Notes: generated by a model from the sequence alone, not told the origin. Positions 41,158 to 52,511 are shown, counted from the stretch's first letter. The stretch: 64,000 nucleotides of DNA from Bacteroidales bacterium (GCA_041652255.1 JBAZHT010000001.1:59881-123880); one strand, 5' to 3'. Program-made: numbers and translations.

Positions 41158-44100
41158 ATGGCTTACAAGAAAGATAGCAAATTAAAAAGCAACTTCAATA
41201 AAATCACCATTGGACTGGCTTCTCCGGAAGAGATCCTGTCTATGTCCCGAGGAGAAGTACTCAAGCCTGAAACGGTCAATTACCGCACTTACAAACCGGA
41301 ACGTGACGGGTTGTTCTGTGAAAGGATATTCGGCCCTTCCAAGGATTATGAATGCCATTGCGGAAAATACAAACGCATACGGTACCGCGGAATTATCTGT
41401 GACCGTTGCGGTGTGGAAGTTACCGAGAAAAAAGTCCGACGGGAGCGTATGGGACACATATCCCTGGTAGTGCCCATTGCACACATCTGGTATTTTCGTT
41501 CCACTCCCAATAAGATCGGATACCTGTTGGGCATTCCTTCCAAAAAACTGGAAGCCATCATATACTACGAAAGGTATGTGGTAATCCAGCCGGGTATTAA
41601 GGCACAGGACGGTGTTAACGAACTGGATTTTCTGACTGAGGAAGAATACCTGGGCATACTGGATACCCTTCCTAAAGAAAATCAGATGCTGGATGACCAG
41701 GACCCGAATAAATTCATGGCAGGCATGGGTGCCGAGGCCATTTACAAGCTTTTGACCCGCATCAACCTGGATGAACTTTCTTACGATCTTCGCCACAAGG
41801 CAGACGTAGAAACATCCCAGCAAAGAAAAACAGAAGCATTAAAGCGTTTGAACATTGTTGAAGCTTTCCGGGATTCCAAAGAGATAAACAGGCCGGAATG
41901 GATGATCATGAAAGTTATCCCCGTTATACCTCCTGATCTTCGCCCCCTGGTTCCGCTTGACGGAGGCCGTTTTGCCACCTCCGATCTGAATGACTTGTAC
42001 CGTCGTGTTATTATTCGTAATAACAGGTTGAAAAGGCTCATTGAGATAAAAGCCCCGGAAGTGATCCTGAGAAATGAAAAAAGGATGCTCCAGGAAGCCG
42101 TGGATTCCCTCTTTGATAACTCCAGAAAATCAAATGCCGTTAAGACGGAAGCCAACAGGACACTTAAATCCTTGTCTGACAGTTTAAAAGGGAAACAGGG
42201 CCGTTTCCGTCAGAATCTGTTGGGAAAACGTGTTGACTATTCTGCCCGTTCGGTTATTGTGGTAGGTCCGGAATTGCACATGCATGAATGCGGACTGCCC
42301 AAAGACATGGCGGCTGAACTTTACAAACCTTTTATTATCCGTAAACTCATTGAACGCGGTATCGTCAAAACTGTGAAATCAGCCAAAAAGATCGTGGATC
42401 GTAAAGATCCCATGATCTGGGATATCCTGGAAAATGTAATGAAAGGACACCCTGTTATGCTCAACCGTGCTCCTACACTTCACCGTTTGGGTATACAGGC
42501 ATTCCAGCCGAAACTTATTGAAGGAAAAGCCATCCAGTTGCATCCCCTGGCCTGTACTGCCTTCAACGCCGACTTTGACGGTGACCAGATGGCTGTTCAC
42601 CTGCCATTGGGTAACGCGGCTATACTGGAAGCGCAGTTGCTGATGCTCGGATCACATAATATTCTCAACCCTGCAAACGGGGCACCCATTACCGTTCCTT
42701 CACAGGACATGGTGCTGGGGCTTTATTACATTACCAAGCTCAGAAACAATGCCAAAGGAGAAGGAATGACCTTCTACAACGCAGAAGAAGTGATCATTGC
42801 CTACAACGAAAAAGTGGTGGAAATGCATACGCGTATAAAACTGCGTTTGAACAAAACGACTGTACGCAGTGCAAAAGATGATAATCATCCTTCACAAGGC
42901 ACAAAAGTATTCCTGGCAGATCCCGCAAAAGGAACCCACATAATTGATACATCAGTAGGCCGTGTGATATTCAACCAGGTTGTTCCGAATGAAGTTGGCT
43001 ACATCAATGAAGTACTTACCAAAAGGTCTTTGCGGGACATCATCAATCTTGTACTGAAAACAACCGGAGTGGCCCGTACGTCTCAGTTTTTGGATGACAT
43101 CAAGGAGATCGGGTACAATATGGCCTACCGCGGTGGATTGTCCTTTAACCTGGATGATGTGATCGTTCCGAACGAAAAGTCCTCTCTTATTGAAAAAGGG
43201 TACCGGGATGTTGAAAGTGTGATGGCCAATTACAATATGGGACTCCTTGCCAATAACGAAAGGTACAATAAAGTACTTGACATCTGGACGGGAGTTAACG
43301 TAAAACTGACCGATATCCTGGAAAAACAGTTGAAAGAAGATAACGAAGGATTCAATCCTATCTATATGATGCTTGATTCCGGAGCCCGCGGATCCAAAGC
43401 CCAAATCCGGCAGCTTTCAGGGATGCGTGGTCTGATGGCAAAACCTCAGAAATCCGGATCTACCAGTGCTGAGATCATAGAGAACCCTATTCTGGCCAAC
43501 TTTAAAGAAGGGTTGTCCGTTCTGGAGTACTTTATATCAACCCACGGAGCCCGCAAAGGATTGGCAGACACAGCTCTTAAAACGGCTGATGCAGGTTACC
43601 TTACCCGTCGTCTGGTTGATGTTTCACACGATGTGATCATTAACGAAGAAGACTGTGGAACGCTAAGGGGACTGGTGGCTACAGCTATTAAAAACAAAGA
43701 CCAGGTGGTAGAGTCTCTCTACGACCGTATCCTGGGCCGCACCAGTGTACATGATGTATTCGATCCGCTGAGCGGGGATCTTATAATAGAATCCGGAGAA
43801 GAGATCACAGAAGAAATAGCGGAAAGGATATCCTCACTCCCCATTGAACAGGTTGAGATCAGAAGCGTTTTGACATGTGAATCAAAAAAGGGAGTTTGTG
43901 CCAAATGTTACGGAAGAAACCTGTCCACAGGAAGAATGGTAGAAAAAGGAGAAGTGGTAGGTGTGATAGCAGCCCAGTCCATTGGTGAACCTGGAACCCA
44001 GCTGACGTTGCGTACTTTCCACCAGGGAGGTACCGCTTCCACTATAACATCGGAAAGCGAGATCGTGGCCCGTTACAACGGAACCCTTGAAATTGACGAA

Positions 44101-45477
44101 CTGAAAACGTTAACGAAAATTTCCGAAACAGGTGAAAAACAGACCATTGTAATAGGACGTACTGCAGAAATGCGTATTGTGGACAACAACACACGCATTA
44201 CCCTTTCTTCCTATAATATTCCTTACGGCGCCGTATTGTTCTTTAAAAACGGTGACCAGATTAAGGAAAAAGAAAAGATATGTGAATGGGACTCCTACAA
44301 TGCGGTTACCATTGCGGAAATTGACGGTACCGTAGCTTTTGATAGTCTTATTGAAGGCGTCACTTACCGTGAAGAAGCAGCCGATGAATATTCGATGCAC
44401 CGCGATAAGGTGATCATTGAAAGCCGTGATAAATCGCGCAACCCCACACTAAAGATCATGAAGGGGAAAGGAGAGCTCAGACAGTACAACCTTCCGGTGG
44501 GAGCGCATATCATGGTCAATGCCAACCAGGAAATCAAGGCAGGAGACATCCTGGTCAAGATTCCACGTGCCATTGGTAAATCCAGGGACATTACCGGAGG
44601 TCTTCCCCGTGTTACCGAATTGTTCGAAGCCCGTAATCCTTCCAATCCGGCCATCGTTTCTGAAATTGACGGTGAAGTACAGATGGGACGCATAAAAAGA
44701 GGAAACCGTGAGATCATTATACGTTCCAAGACGGGAGAAGAGAAGAAATACCTGGTACCCCTTTCCAAACAAATACTTGTTCAGGAGAATGATTACATAC
44801 GTGCGGGAATGGCTCTTTCAGAAGGTGCCATCTCCCCTACCGACATACTTTTGATACAGGGTCCGACTAAAGTACAGGAATACATTGTCAATGAGATACA
44901 AAGTGTTTACCGGAATCAGGGTGTGAAGATCAACGATAAGCACTTTGAAGTGATCGTCCGCCAGATGATGCGTAAAGTTGAGATCGTCGATCCCGGAGAC
45001 ACCCGCTTCCTGCCCGAGCAATTGGTTGACAAGTGGGAGTTCATGCAGGAAAATGATTTTATTTTTGATAAAAAGATCGTTACCGATGCCGGAGATTCCC
45101 AGGAACTCAAACCGGGTCAGACAGTAACCGTTCGCAGACTACGGGATGAAAATTCAACCCTTAAGCGTAAAGACCTTAAACTGGTTCAGGCCCGTGATGC
45201 CATGCCGGCTACCTCCAACCAGGTGCTTCAGGGTATTACGCGGGCAGCTCTGAGAACAAACAGTTTCATGTCTGCAGCTTCCTTCCAGGAAACGACTAAG
45301 GTACTCTCGGAAGCCGCTATTTTCGGTAAGAGTGACACCCTTGAAGGCCTGAAAGAAAACGTCATCTGCGGCCACCTGATCCCGGCGGGAACGGGACAAC
45401 GTGAATATGAGAATATTCTGGTCACCTCCCTGTCTGATTATAAAAAGATGGTAGAAGATCGAACACTGCCCAAATAA
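41158..45477 (+). CDS. rpoC: DNA-directed RNA polymerase subunit beta'
   Basis: 1439 aa from ATG 41158 ([27 protein letters not shown]). It has the Zn-binding CHCGKY...CDRCG and the catalytic NADFDGDQM. The ORF-track start at 41107 overlaps rpoB and is rejected. Confidence 0.98.
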   Translation: MAYKKDSKLKSNFNKITIGLASPEEILSMSRGEVLKPETVNYRTYKPERDGLFCERIFGPSKDYECHCGKYKRIRYRGIICDRCGVEVTEKKVRRERMGHISLVVPIAHIWYFRSTPNKIGYLLGIPSKKLEAIIYYERYVVIQPGIKAQDGVNELDFLTEEEYLGILDTLPKENQMLDDQDPNKFMAGMGAEAIYKLLTRINLDELSYDLRHKADVETSQQRKTEALKRLNIVEAFRDSKEINRPEWMIMKVIPVIPPDLRPLVPLDGGRFATSDLNDLYRRVIIRNNRLKRLIEIKAPEVILRNEKRMLQEAVDSLFDNSRKSNAVKTEANRTLKSLSDSLKGKQGRFRQNLLGKRVDYSARSVIVVGPELHMHECGLPKDMAAELYKPFIIRKLIERGIVKTVKSAKKIVDRKDPMIWDILENVMKGHPVMLNRAPTLHRLGIQAFQPKLIEGKAIQLHPLACTAFNADFDGDQMAVHLPLGNAAILEAQLLMLGSHNILNPANGAPITVPSQDMVLGLYYITKLRNNAKGEGMTFYNAEEVIIAYNEKVVEMHTRIKLRLNKTTVRSAKDDNHPSQGTKVFLADPAKGTHIIDTSVGRVIFNQVVPNEVGYINEVLTKRSLRDIINLVLKTTGVARTSQFLDDIKEIGYNMAYRGGLSFNLDDVIVPNEKSSLIEKGYRDVESVMANYNMGLLANNERYNKVLDIWTGVNVKLTDILEKQLKEDNEGFNPIYMMLDSGARGSKAQIRQLSGMRGLMAKPQKSGSTSAEIIENPILANFKEGLSVLEYFISTHGARKGLADTALKTADAGYLTRRLVDVSHDVIINEEDCGTLRGLVATAIKNKDQVVESLYDRILGRTSVHDVFDPLSGDLIIESGEEITEEIAERISSLPIEQVEIRSVLTCESKKGVCAKCYGRNLSTGRMVEKGEVVGVIAAQSIGEPGTQLTLRTFHQGGTASTITSESEIVARYNGTLEIDELKTLTKISETGEKQTIVIGRTAEMRIVDNNTRITLSSYNIPYGAVLFFKNGDQIKEKEKICEWDSYNAVTIAEIDGTVAFDSLIEGVTYREEAADEYSMHRDKVIIESRDKSRNPTLKIMKGKGELRQYNLPVGAHIMVNANQEIKAGDILVKIPRAIGKSRDITGGLPRVTELFEARNPSNPAIVSEIDGEVQMGRIKRGNREIIIRSKTGEEKKYLVPLSKQILVQENDYIRAGMALSEGAISPTDILLIQGPTKVQEYIVNEIQSVYRNQGVKINDKHFEVIVRQMMRKVEIVDPGDTRFLPEQLVDKWEFMQENDFIFDKKIVTDAGDSQELKPGQTVTVRRLRDENSTLKRKDLKLVQARDAMPATSNQVLQGITRAALRTNSFMSAASFQETTKVLSEAAIFGKSDTLEGLKENVICGHLIPAGTGQREYENILVTSLSDYKKMVEDRTLPK

Positions 45478-45502
45478 AGGGAATTTATTACAAATAATTA
45501 TC

Positions 45503-45530
45503 AATAAGGGCTGCGGCCCTTATTATTTTA
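45503..45530 (+). terminator. rho-independent terminator after rpoC
   Basis: A 9-bp stem (aataagggc with gcccttatt) has the loop tgcg and is followed by aTTTTa. Confidence 0.7.
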
Positions 45531-45532
45531 TA

Positions 45533-45540
45533 TATATTTG
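45533..45540 (+). promoter_or_regulatory. -7 box TAtaTTTG for korAB-gdhA
   Basis: Perfect match, 33 nt upstream of ATG 45574 and 2 nt after the rpoC terminator. Confidence 0.5.
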
Positions 45541-45573
45541 CCACCATTAATAATAAATCAATATCACCAACCT

Positions 45574-47418
45574 ATGCAGCATAAAGTAATCGACGTAAAG
45601 GATGTAGTGATTCGTTTTTCAGGAGATTCCGGAGACGGGATGCAGTTGACAGGATCTCTTTTTGCCGATACATCTGCTTATTTCGGAAATGAGATTTCTA
45701 CTTTCCCCGATTATCCTTCAGAAATCAGAGCCCCTCAGGGAACCGTTGCGGGAGTTTCCGGTTTCCAGGTTCATATTGGCAGCAGTGCCATATATACACC
45801 GGGTGACTACTGCGACGTACTGGTAGCCATGAACCCTGCCGCATTAAAATCAAATGTGAAATGGCTGAAACCCAACGCAACCATTATTGTAGATACCGAT
45901 ACATTTGATGAAAAGGGACTGGAAAAAGCAGGATTTCAAACCGACGACCCTTTTACAGAACTTAAGATCAAGAACAGGAACATCATTGCCGCTCCCATAA
46001 CCACCCTGACCAAAGATTGTCTGAATAACTGCGGTCTGGATCCCAAATCAGGATTGAGATGTAAAAATATGTTTGCACTGGGAATCTGTTTCTTCCTTTA
46101 CAATATGCCCCTCAGACACACGGAAGAATTCTTCAAAAAGAAATTTTCCAGATCGCCTGAACTAATAGACATGAACAACAAAGTACTCAGGGACGGCTTT
46201 AATTATGCTGGTAATATCCAGGCAATAGCAGACACCTATATAGTGAAACCTTCCAAACAGAAACCGGGCATCTATAGGAATATCAACGGCAACAGAGCCA
46301 TTGCCTGGGGCTTGATGGCCGCTTCTGAAAAATCGGGAAGACCTCTGTTTTGCGGGTCCTATCCTATCACCCCTGCGACAGGCATCCTGGAAGAACTCGC
46401 CATACACAAAGAACTGGGCGTTAAAACATTGCAATGTGAAGATGAAATTGCCGGTATATGTACCGCCATTGGAGCCTCTTACGCCGGTTCTCTGGCCGTA
46501 ACGACTACTTCAGGCCCCGGTCTGTCTTTGAAAACAGAAGCGCTGGGACTGGCCATTATCGCTGAATTGCCTCTGGTAATAGTGGATGTACAACGTGCCG
46601 GCCCTTCTACCGGCATCCCCACAAAAACCGAACAAACAGATTTGAATCAGGCTTTATACGGGCGCAACGGAGAGAGTCCGGTTGCCGTCATGGCCCCACA
46701 TTCTCCTTCTCACTGTTTCTCAACCGCATTTTACGCAGCCAAACACGCTATGGAACATATGATGCCGGTCATTATCCTTTCAGAAGGGTTTCTGGGCAAC
46801 GGGTCCGAACCCTGGAGAATTCCGGATATGAAAGATTATCCTTCTGTCAATCCGCCTATTGTACATGAGCTGGAACCTGATGAACCTTATTTTTATCCTT
46901 TCAAACGGGATCCCGAAACGATGGTTCCCCGGTGGGCACTGCCAGGAACTGCCGGAATGGAACACAGGGTAGGAGGTTTGGAAAAGAACCACAAGGGAGC
47001 CGTCTCTTCAGATCCGATGGTACATCAGCAAATGGTAGAAGAACGTGCAAGGAAAGTGGAACTTTTAGCCCGTGAAATACCTCCGCTGAAAGTCATAGGA
47101 GAAGAAGAAGGAGATATTCTTATGGTAAGCTGGGGAGGTACTTACGGACACATGCTAAGTGCAGAAAGTCAATTGCGTTCACAAGGTGTTCAGGCAGGTC
47201 TGGCACACTTTGATTACATCAATCCGCTGCCTTTGAATACAGAGGATATTTTCAAACGTTTTAAAAAGATCGTCGTTTTTGAACTCAACAGCGGGCATTT
47301 TGCCAATTACCTTAGAACTAAGTTCCCGCAATTCACGTACTTGCAATACAACAAAATACAGGGGCAACCCTTTATCGTATCAGAAATTACCGAAGCAATC
47401 AATAATTTACTAAAATGA
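45574..47418 (+). CDS. korA: 2-oxoglutarate (2-oxoacid):ferredoxin oxidoreductase subunit alpha
   Basis: 614 aa from ATG 45574. The N-terminal gamma-like domain (FSGDSGDGMQLTG) is fused to the alpha domain. It is coupled to korB through an ATGA overlap. Confidence 0.88.
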   Translation: MQHKVIDVKDVVIRFSGDSGDGMQLTGSLFADTSAYFGNEISTFPDYPSEIRAPQGTVAGVSGFQVHIGSSAIYTPGDYCDVLVAMNPAALKSNVKWLKPNATIIVDTDTFDEKGLEKAGFQTDDPFTELKIKNRNIIAAPITTLTKDCLNNCGLDPKSGLRCKNMFALGICFFLYNMPLRHTEEFFKKKFSRSPELIDMNNKVLRDGFNYAGNIQAIADTYIVKPSKQKPGIYRNINGNRAIAWGLMAASEKSGRPLFCGSYPITPATGILEELAIHKELGVKTLQCEDEIAGICTAIGASYAGSLAVTTTSGPGLSLKTEALGLAIIAELPLVIVDVQRAGPSTGIPTKTEQTDLNQALYGRNGESPVAVMAPHSPSHCFSTAFYAAKHAMEHMMPVIILSEGFLGNGSEPWRIPDMKDYPSVNPPIVHELEPDEPYFYPFKRDPETMVPRWALPGTAGMEHRVGGLEKNHKGAVSSDPMVHQQMVEERARKVELLAREIPPLKVIGEEEGDILMVSWGGTYGHMLSAESQLRSQGVQAGLAHFDYINPLPLNTEDIFKRFKKIVVFELNSGHFANYLRTKFPQFTYLQYNKIQGQPFIVSEITEAINNLLK

Positions 47419-48431
47419 AATTCACTCCTCAAGACTTTAAATCGGATCAAGAAGTGAAATGGTGTCCCGGTTGCGGGGATCATGCTGTTCTTGCAGCCGT
47501 TCAGAGGGCATTGCCGGAAGTCAGTGAAATACTGGGGTATTCTCACGAACGGTACGTTTTCGTATCCGGAATAGGTTGTTCCTCCCGTTTCCCTTATTAC
47601 ATGAAAACTTACGGTTTTCATGGAATACACGGAAGGGCGGCTGCCATAGCCACCGGTATAAAAGTGGCCAATCCGACCTTATCTGTATGGGAAATGACAG
47701 GTGACGGAGATTCCCTGGCTATTGGCGGGAATCACCTGATTCATGCAATCCGTAGAAATATTGATATCAATATTGTTCTTTTTAACAACCGGATATACGG
47801 CCTTACCAAAGGTCAGTATTCTCCCACCTCTAAATGGGGAACCGTTACCAAAACTTCTCCGTTCGGCACAGTGGAACATCCATTCAATCCGGGAGCCCTT
47901 GCCATGGGCGCGCGCGGCACGTTCTTTGCCCGTACACTGGATGTGGAATTAAAACTCACCCAGGAAATCATGGTGGAAGCCGCCACCCACGACGGAACAG
48001 CCCTGGTGGAAGTGTTGCAAAATTGCGTCATTTTCAACGATAAAACACATTCTCTCATTTCAGATAAAAGCGTAAGGGCTGACAGAACCATAGTCCTCCG
48101 GCACGGGGAACCCATGATATTCGGGAAAGACAGGGATAAAGGACTTATCCTGGAAGGAATGCATTTAAAAGCCGTTACAATAGGTGAAAACGGCATAACA
48201 AAAGATGACATTCTGGTTCACAATGCCGAAGAACAGAATCATGGCATGCACATGATGCTTTGTGAAATGGAATGGCCTGAACTGCCTGTTGCCCTGGGAG
48301 TTATACGCAAAGTCAAAGACCGTACATATGACGACATGGTCAGGGATCAGGTAACGGAGGTAGCCGATAAATCATCCATACACTGTATGAACGATATGCT
48401 GCGAAGCGGCGCTACATGGGTAGTGGAATAA
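47415..48431 (+). CDS. korB: 2-oxoglutarate (2-oxoacid):ferredoxin oxidoreductase subunit beta
   Basis: 338 aa with CPGCGDH and the ThDP-binding GDGD...N region. Confidence 0.88.
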   Translation: MKFTPQDFKSDQEVKWCPGCGDHAVLAAVQRALPEVSEILGYSHERYVFVSGIGCSSRFPYYMKTYGFHGIHGRAAAIATGIKVANPTLSVWEMTGDGDSLAIGGNHLIHAIRRNIDINIVLFNNRIYGLTKGQYSPTSKWGTVTKTSPFGTVEHPFNPGALAMGARGTFFARTLDVELKLTQEIMVEAATHDGTALVEVLQNCVIFNDKTHSLISDKSVRADRTIVLRHGEPMIFGKDRDKGLILEGMHLKAVTIGENGITKDDILVHNAEEQNHGMHMMLCEMEWPELPVALGVIRKVKDRTYDDMVRDQVTEVADKSSIHCMNDMLRSGATWVVE

Positions 48432-48472
48432 TTTGCACCAAACAATAAACATATTTAAATTACTTATTTATC

Positions 48473-49810
48473 ATGAAAGCAAAAGAAATTATTGCGACTC
48501 TCGAGAAAAAGTACGGGCACGAAAAGGAGTATCTGCAAGCTGTTCACGAAGTTTTGGAATCCATCGAGGATGTTTACAACCAACATCCCGAGTTTGAAAA
48601 AGCAAAGATCGTTGAACGGATTGTTGAGCCTGACCGGATTTTCACATTCAGGGTGACCTGGGTTGATGACAAAGGGGAAATACACGTAAACACAGGTTAC
48701 CGTGTTCAATTTAACAATGCGATCGGGCCGTACAAGGGTGGACTCAGGTTTCACGATTCCGTGAATCTTTCCATTCTGAAATTCCTGGGATTCGAACAGA
48801 TCTTCAAAAATGCCCTTACTTCACTGCCAATGGGTGGCGGCAAGGGAGGATCGGATTTCAGCCCCCGCGGCCGTTCAGCCAACGAGATCATGCGTTTCTG
48901 CCAGGCTTTTATGACAGAATTGTGGCACAACCTCGGTCCCGACACAGACGTTCCCGCCGGTGACATTGGCGTAGGAGCCAAGGAGATCGGATACCTTTAC
49001 GGTTGGTACAAGAAGCTGGCACGTGAGCATACTGGTGTTATGACAGGCAAAGGCCTTACATGGGGAGGATCACTGATCCGTCCGGAAGCTACCGGTTACG
49101 GAGGGGTCTACTTTGTGCAGCATATGCTGCAGGAGATGCAACAGGATCTGAAAGGCAAGACCGTTTCCATATCCGGATTCGGCAACGTTGCCTGGGGTGC
49201 CGCACAAAAAGCCACCGAACTTGGAGCTAAAGTGGTGACAATCTCGGGACCTGACGGTTATATTTATGACAACGCCGGACTGAATGAAGAGAAGATTGCT
49301 TACATGCTGGAACTGCGCGCCTCTGGGAACGACATTGTTGCTCCGTATGCAGAAAAATTCCTTGGTTCGGTATTTTATGCCGCCAAACGTCCCTGGGAAG
49401 TGAAAGTGGACATCGCACTGCCCTGCGCTACTCAAAACGAACTGAACGGAGAAGACGCCAAAAACCTGATCGCTAACGGCGTATCTCTTGTTGCTGAAAT
49501 TTCCAACATGGGTTGTACCCCGGAAGCCATTGAAGCATTCCAAAAGGCAAAAGTTAATTTTGCTCCCGGGAAAGCTGTCAATGCAGGTGGTGTAGCTACC
49601 TCCGGCCTGGAAATGACACAAAATGCCGCCCACCTCAACTGGCCGGCAGAAGAAGTGGATGGCAAATTGCACCAGATCATGTCCAGTATACACCAGGCCT
49701 GCGTGGAACATGGCAAACAAAAAGACGGCTATATCAACTATGTAAAAGGAGCCAACATTGCCGGTTTCATGAAAGTGGCCCGTGCCATGCTGGAACAAGG
49801 AGTTGTATAA
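48473..49810 (+). CDS. gdhA: glutamate dehydrogenase (NADP-type hexameric family)
   Basis: 445 aa with the catalytic Lys motif LPMGGGKGGSDF and the Rossmann motif SGFGNVAWG. Confidence 0.95.
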   Translation: MKAKEIIATLEKKYGHEKEYLQAVHEVLESIEDVYNQHPEFEKAKIVERIVEPDRIFTFRVTWVDDKGEIHVNTGYRVQFNNAIGPYKGGLRFHDSVNLSILKFLGFEQIFKNALTSLPMGGGKGGSDFSPRGRSANEIMRFCQAFMTELWHNLGPDTDVPAGDIGVGAKEIGYLYGWYKKLAREHTGVMTGKGLTWGGSLIRPEATGYGGVYFVQHMLQEMQQDLKGKTVSISGFGNVAWGAAQKATELGAKVVTISGPDGYIYDNAGLNEEKIAYMLELRASGNDIVAPYAEKFLGSVFYAAKRPWEVKVDIALPCATQNELNGEDAKNLIANGVSLVAEISNMGCTPEAIEAFQKAKVNFAPGKAVNAGGVATSGLEMTQNAAHLNWPAEEVDGKLHQIMSSIHQACVEHGKQKDGYINYVKGANIAGFMKVARAMLEQGVV

Positions 49811-49812
49811 CC

Positions 49813-50673
49813 ATGTTCAGACTGGGGCTTGATTTTGGTTCTACTTTAACAAAAATGGCTCTTACAAAGCCTGGGGGCAAGGATTATCCTTCACCCCAGG
49901 CTGTTTTTCAATATAAGACAAACGATCATTTACCCGAATTCTATAAGGCCCTGGAACGTTTCCTGTCTCAGGAAAATATTCCTTTGAAAGCAATTGATCA
50001 TATCTCTGCCACAGGAACACATGCCAACATGGTTAAAGACAATATCCTGGGGATCCCTTCCCGGATAGTCCCGGAAATTGAATCCATCGGCCGCGGAGGC
50101 TTGGCTCTTACCGGTTTAGAGGAGGCGCTTGTGGTAAATACGGGAACCGGAACCACATACATAGATGCATCCCGGGAAGGATACAGGCACCTGGGAGGCA
50201 CAGGAGTAGGTGGCGGAACGCTTACCGGTCTGGGAAACAGTCTTTTGGGGAGTTCCTCGGTTCATGAGATCGTTCGTATGGCCTCCCGCGGCAAACTGGA
50301 AAATGTAGATCTCCTGATAGGAGACGTTACCGACCAGGAAATGGAACATTTACCTCCTTACCTGACGGCTGCAAATTTCGGAAAACTCGCCCATCCTCTT
50401 TATAAAGAAAAGGCTTCACTGGCAGGAAAAGAAGACCTGGCACTGGCCCTGATCAACTTGGTGCTTCAGGTAATCGGGAGTATGGCTGTTATGATCTGCA
50501 AGAGTTGTCTTAAGAAGAATGTGGTTCTTGTAGGGTCCCTAACGCGTTTACCCCAGGCGAAGGATGTCTATTCCATGTTCTCAAACGTATACGGTCTCCA
50601 GTTTATTGTACCTCCTTTTGCTGCATTCGGTACAGCTCTGGGCAGTACACTGGTGTCATCACAAGAGGTATAA
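49813..50673 (+). CDS. type II (Fumble/CoaW-like) pantothenate kinase homologue, ASKHA superfamily
   Basis: 286 aa. The motifs DFGSTLTK, VNTGTGTT, GGTGVGGGTLTGLG, LTAANFG and VLVGSL are collinear with my recollection of Staphylococcus aureus type II PanK. The ATG is 2 nt after the gdhA stop. Confidence 0.7.
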   Translation: MFRLGLDFGSTLTKMALTKPGGKDYPSPQAVFQYKTNDHLPEFYKALERFLSQENIPLKAIDHISATGTHANMVKDNILGIPSRIVPEIESIGRGGLALTGLEEALVVNTGTGTTYIDASREGYRHLGGTGVGGGTLTGLGNSLLGSSSVHEIVRMASRGKLENVDLLIGDVTDQEMEHLPPYLTAANFGKLAHPLYKEKASLAGKEDLALALINLVLQVIGSMAVMICKSCLKKNVVLVGSLTRLPQAKDVYSMFSNVYGLQFIVPPFAAFGTALGSTLVSSQEV

Positions 50674-51383
50674 TAAAGATCTTCTGACCGCAACATACCC
50701 TTCTTAGCAGCCAATCCATTTTCTTGCAATAATTGTTTCACCCTTCTGGCCACGGCAGGTGCCGGATCGACTATTGTCAAACCGGGTCCGGCAATTTTCA
50801 GGATCATGGGAATGAGAAATGGATAGTGTGTACATCCAAGGACCAGATGATCAGCCCCGGCATCCAACAGGGGAACAATTGTTTTTCTAACCAGTTCTTC
50901 CGTTTCTTTGGACTGCAGCTCTCCCTTTTCTACGGCCTCCACCCATCCTTCGCCCACTTTTTCCAGCACTTTTACATCTCCGGCAAACGTGGCCAGTGTC
51001 CTGTTGTATAAAGATCCCATAAAGGTTCCGCGAGTTGCCAAAACGCCAACTACCCCGCTTTTTGTATGAAGAGCTGCAGGCTTTACCGCCGGTTCCATGC
51101 CGACGATAAGCGTTTGAGGGTATCTGTGGCGTAACGTATCAATAGCAGCGGCAGTTGCGGTGTTACAGGCCAGAACAATGATCTTACACTCTCTTTCCAG
51201 GAAAAATCTTGTGATCAGATCACATCTGTGAATGATCTCATCCACCGGCCTTGTCCCGTATGGACAATAGGCGGTATCTGCTACATAAATGAGGCGCTCC
51301 TCAGGGAGAAGCGCCTTGACGTGACCGTGAACTGAAAGCCCACCTATTCCGGAATCCATTATTCCAATGGATGTACCGTTCAT
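50568..51383 (-). CDS. murI: glutamate racemase
   Basis: 271 aa with DSGIGGLSV, ACNTA and GCTHYP. The 3' end overlaps the convergent PanK-like gene by 106 nt. Confidence 0.93.
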   Translation of the reverse strand: MNGTSIGIMDSGIGGLSVHGHVKALLPEERLIYVADTAYCPYGTRPVDEIIHRCDLITRFFLERECKIIVLACNTATAAAIDTLRHRYPQTLIVGMEPAVKPAALHTKSGVVGVLATRGTFMGSLYNRTLATFAGDVKVLEKVGEGWVEAVEKGELQSKETEELVRKTIVPLLDAGADHLVLGCTHYPFLIPMILKIAGPGLTIVDPAPAVARRVKQLLQENGLAAKKGMLRSEDLYYTSCDDTSVLPRAVPNAAKGGTINWRPYTFENME

Positions 51384-51394
51384 AGAGATATGCT

Positions 51395-51955
51395 TTACTG
51401 TTGTTGTTCCATTCCGGGAAGCTGGGTCGGAGCCACTTTTTCTGCAGGTATTCCGAGTTCACTTTTTGCCATCGGCAGGATGTTCACGCTAATCTGTTCG
51501 TCAAAATAAATTACACCTCCGACAGAAAGATCAAAAATGAATGCGAACCCGTTATCTTTTGCAACTTTTGCAATGGCCTCATTTGCTTTCTGAAATACAG
51601 GGGATAGTAATATTTGTTGCATTTGTTGGTATTCCTGCTGAGCACCCTGACTGAATTGTTCAAGACGTTGCTGTATCCCTATCAATTCTCTCTGTTTCGC
51701 TTCCAGAACCGCAGCTGTCCATGTAGCCTGTTTCTGCTGGTATGTGTTATATTTTGTCTGGTACTCCTGCTGCATTTCTGTAATGGTTTGTTCCAGTTCA
51801 TTGGTATAGTCCTGCAATTTGATGAGTGCTGAATCCCTTTCGGGCATCAGGCTTATCAATTCCTGTGAATTGATATGACCGAATTTCAGGTTTTGCGCAG
51901 AAGATGTGCCAATAACACAGATCAACAGAAGAAGGACAGTAGCAATACGTTTCAT
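51395..51955 (-). CDS. OmpH/Skp-family periplasmic chaperone
   Basis: 186 aa. A signal peptide is followed by a Q/E-rich coiled coil. It lies downstream of bamA, as usual in Bacteroidota. Confidence 0.85.
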   Translation of the reverse strand: MKRIATVLLLLICVIGTSSAQNLKFGHINSQELISLMPERDSALIKLQDYTNELEQTITEMQQEYQTKYNTYQQKQATWTAAVLEAKQRELIGIQQRLEQFSQGAQQEYQQMQQILLSPVFQKANEAIAKVAKDNGFAFIFDLSVGGVIYFDEQISVNILPMAKSELGIPAEKVAPTQLPGMEQQQ

Positions 51956-51992
51956 AAGTTTTTGGTTTAAAGATTACAAATGTACTAAAAAA

Positions 51993-52511
51993 TTACCTGA
52001 CAGCCTGTAATCTTTCCAAAACCAGATTACTTATGTCAATTTCAGGGGTATAATGCACCACACCCATACCAGCCGCAATGTCTATGATCAATGCATAACC
52101 CTGTCGTTCAGCAATATACTTGACAGCATCCTGCAGACGATCCTGGATGGGTTTGAAAAGAACTTCCGACGTTTTTGCCAGGGTTCCTTCCTGTCCAAAA
52201 TACTGTTCCTGCATTGCTTTAACTTCTTCTTCCCGGTCCAGTATTTCCTGTTCGCGTGCTTTTTTCTGTTGAGCAGAAAGTCGCTCTTTATCATTCTGAT
52301 ATTGCTGGAACATGGTTTCAAGCCGTTCATACTCAGCCTGTACCTTTTGCTGATACTGTTCCTGCAGATCAGAAATCTGTTCCTGTGCCGAAGAATATTC
52401 AGGCAACGCTTCCAGAATAGTCTCAGAATTCATTACGGCATACTTCTGGGCCGACAAACTGCCGGTCATCAGGCTAACCAGTAAAAATAAGATCACTCTT
52501 TTCATAGTCAT
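51993..52511 (-). CDS. OmpH/Skp-family periplasmic chaperone
   Basis: About 172 aa from ATG 52511 (or 52505), both downstream of the bamA stop at 52516-52518. A signal peptide is followed by a coiled coil. Confidence 0.85.
   Translation of the reverse strand: MTMKRVILFLLVSLMTGSLSAQKYAVMNSETILEALPEYSSAQEQISDLQEQYQQKVQAEYERLETMFQQYQNDKERLSAQQKKAREQEILDREEEVKAMQEQYFGQEGTLAKTSEVLFKPIQDRLQDAVKYIAERQGYALIIDIAAGMGVVHYTPEIDISNLVLERLQAVR

Noticed and set aside
49070-49798. A 242-aa ORF antisense to gdhA.
   Set aside because: It is in phase with gdhA codons, since (49796-48473) is divisible by 3. Long antisense shadow ORFs over gdh genes are a known annotation artefact.
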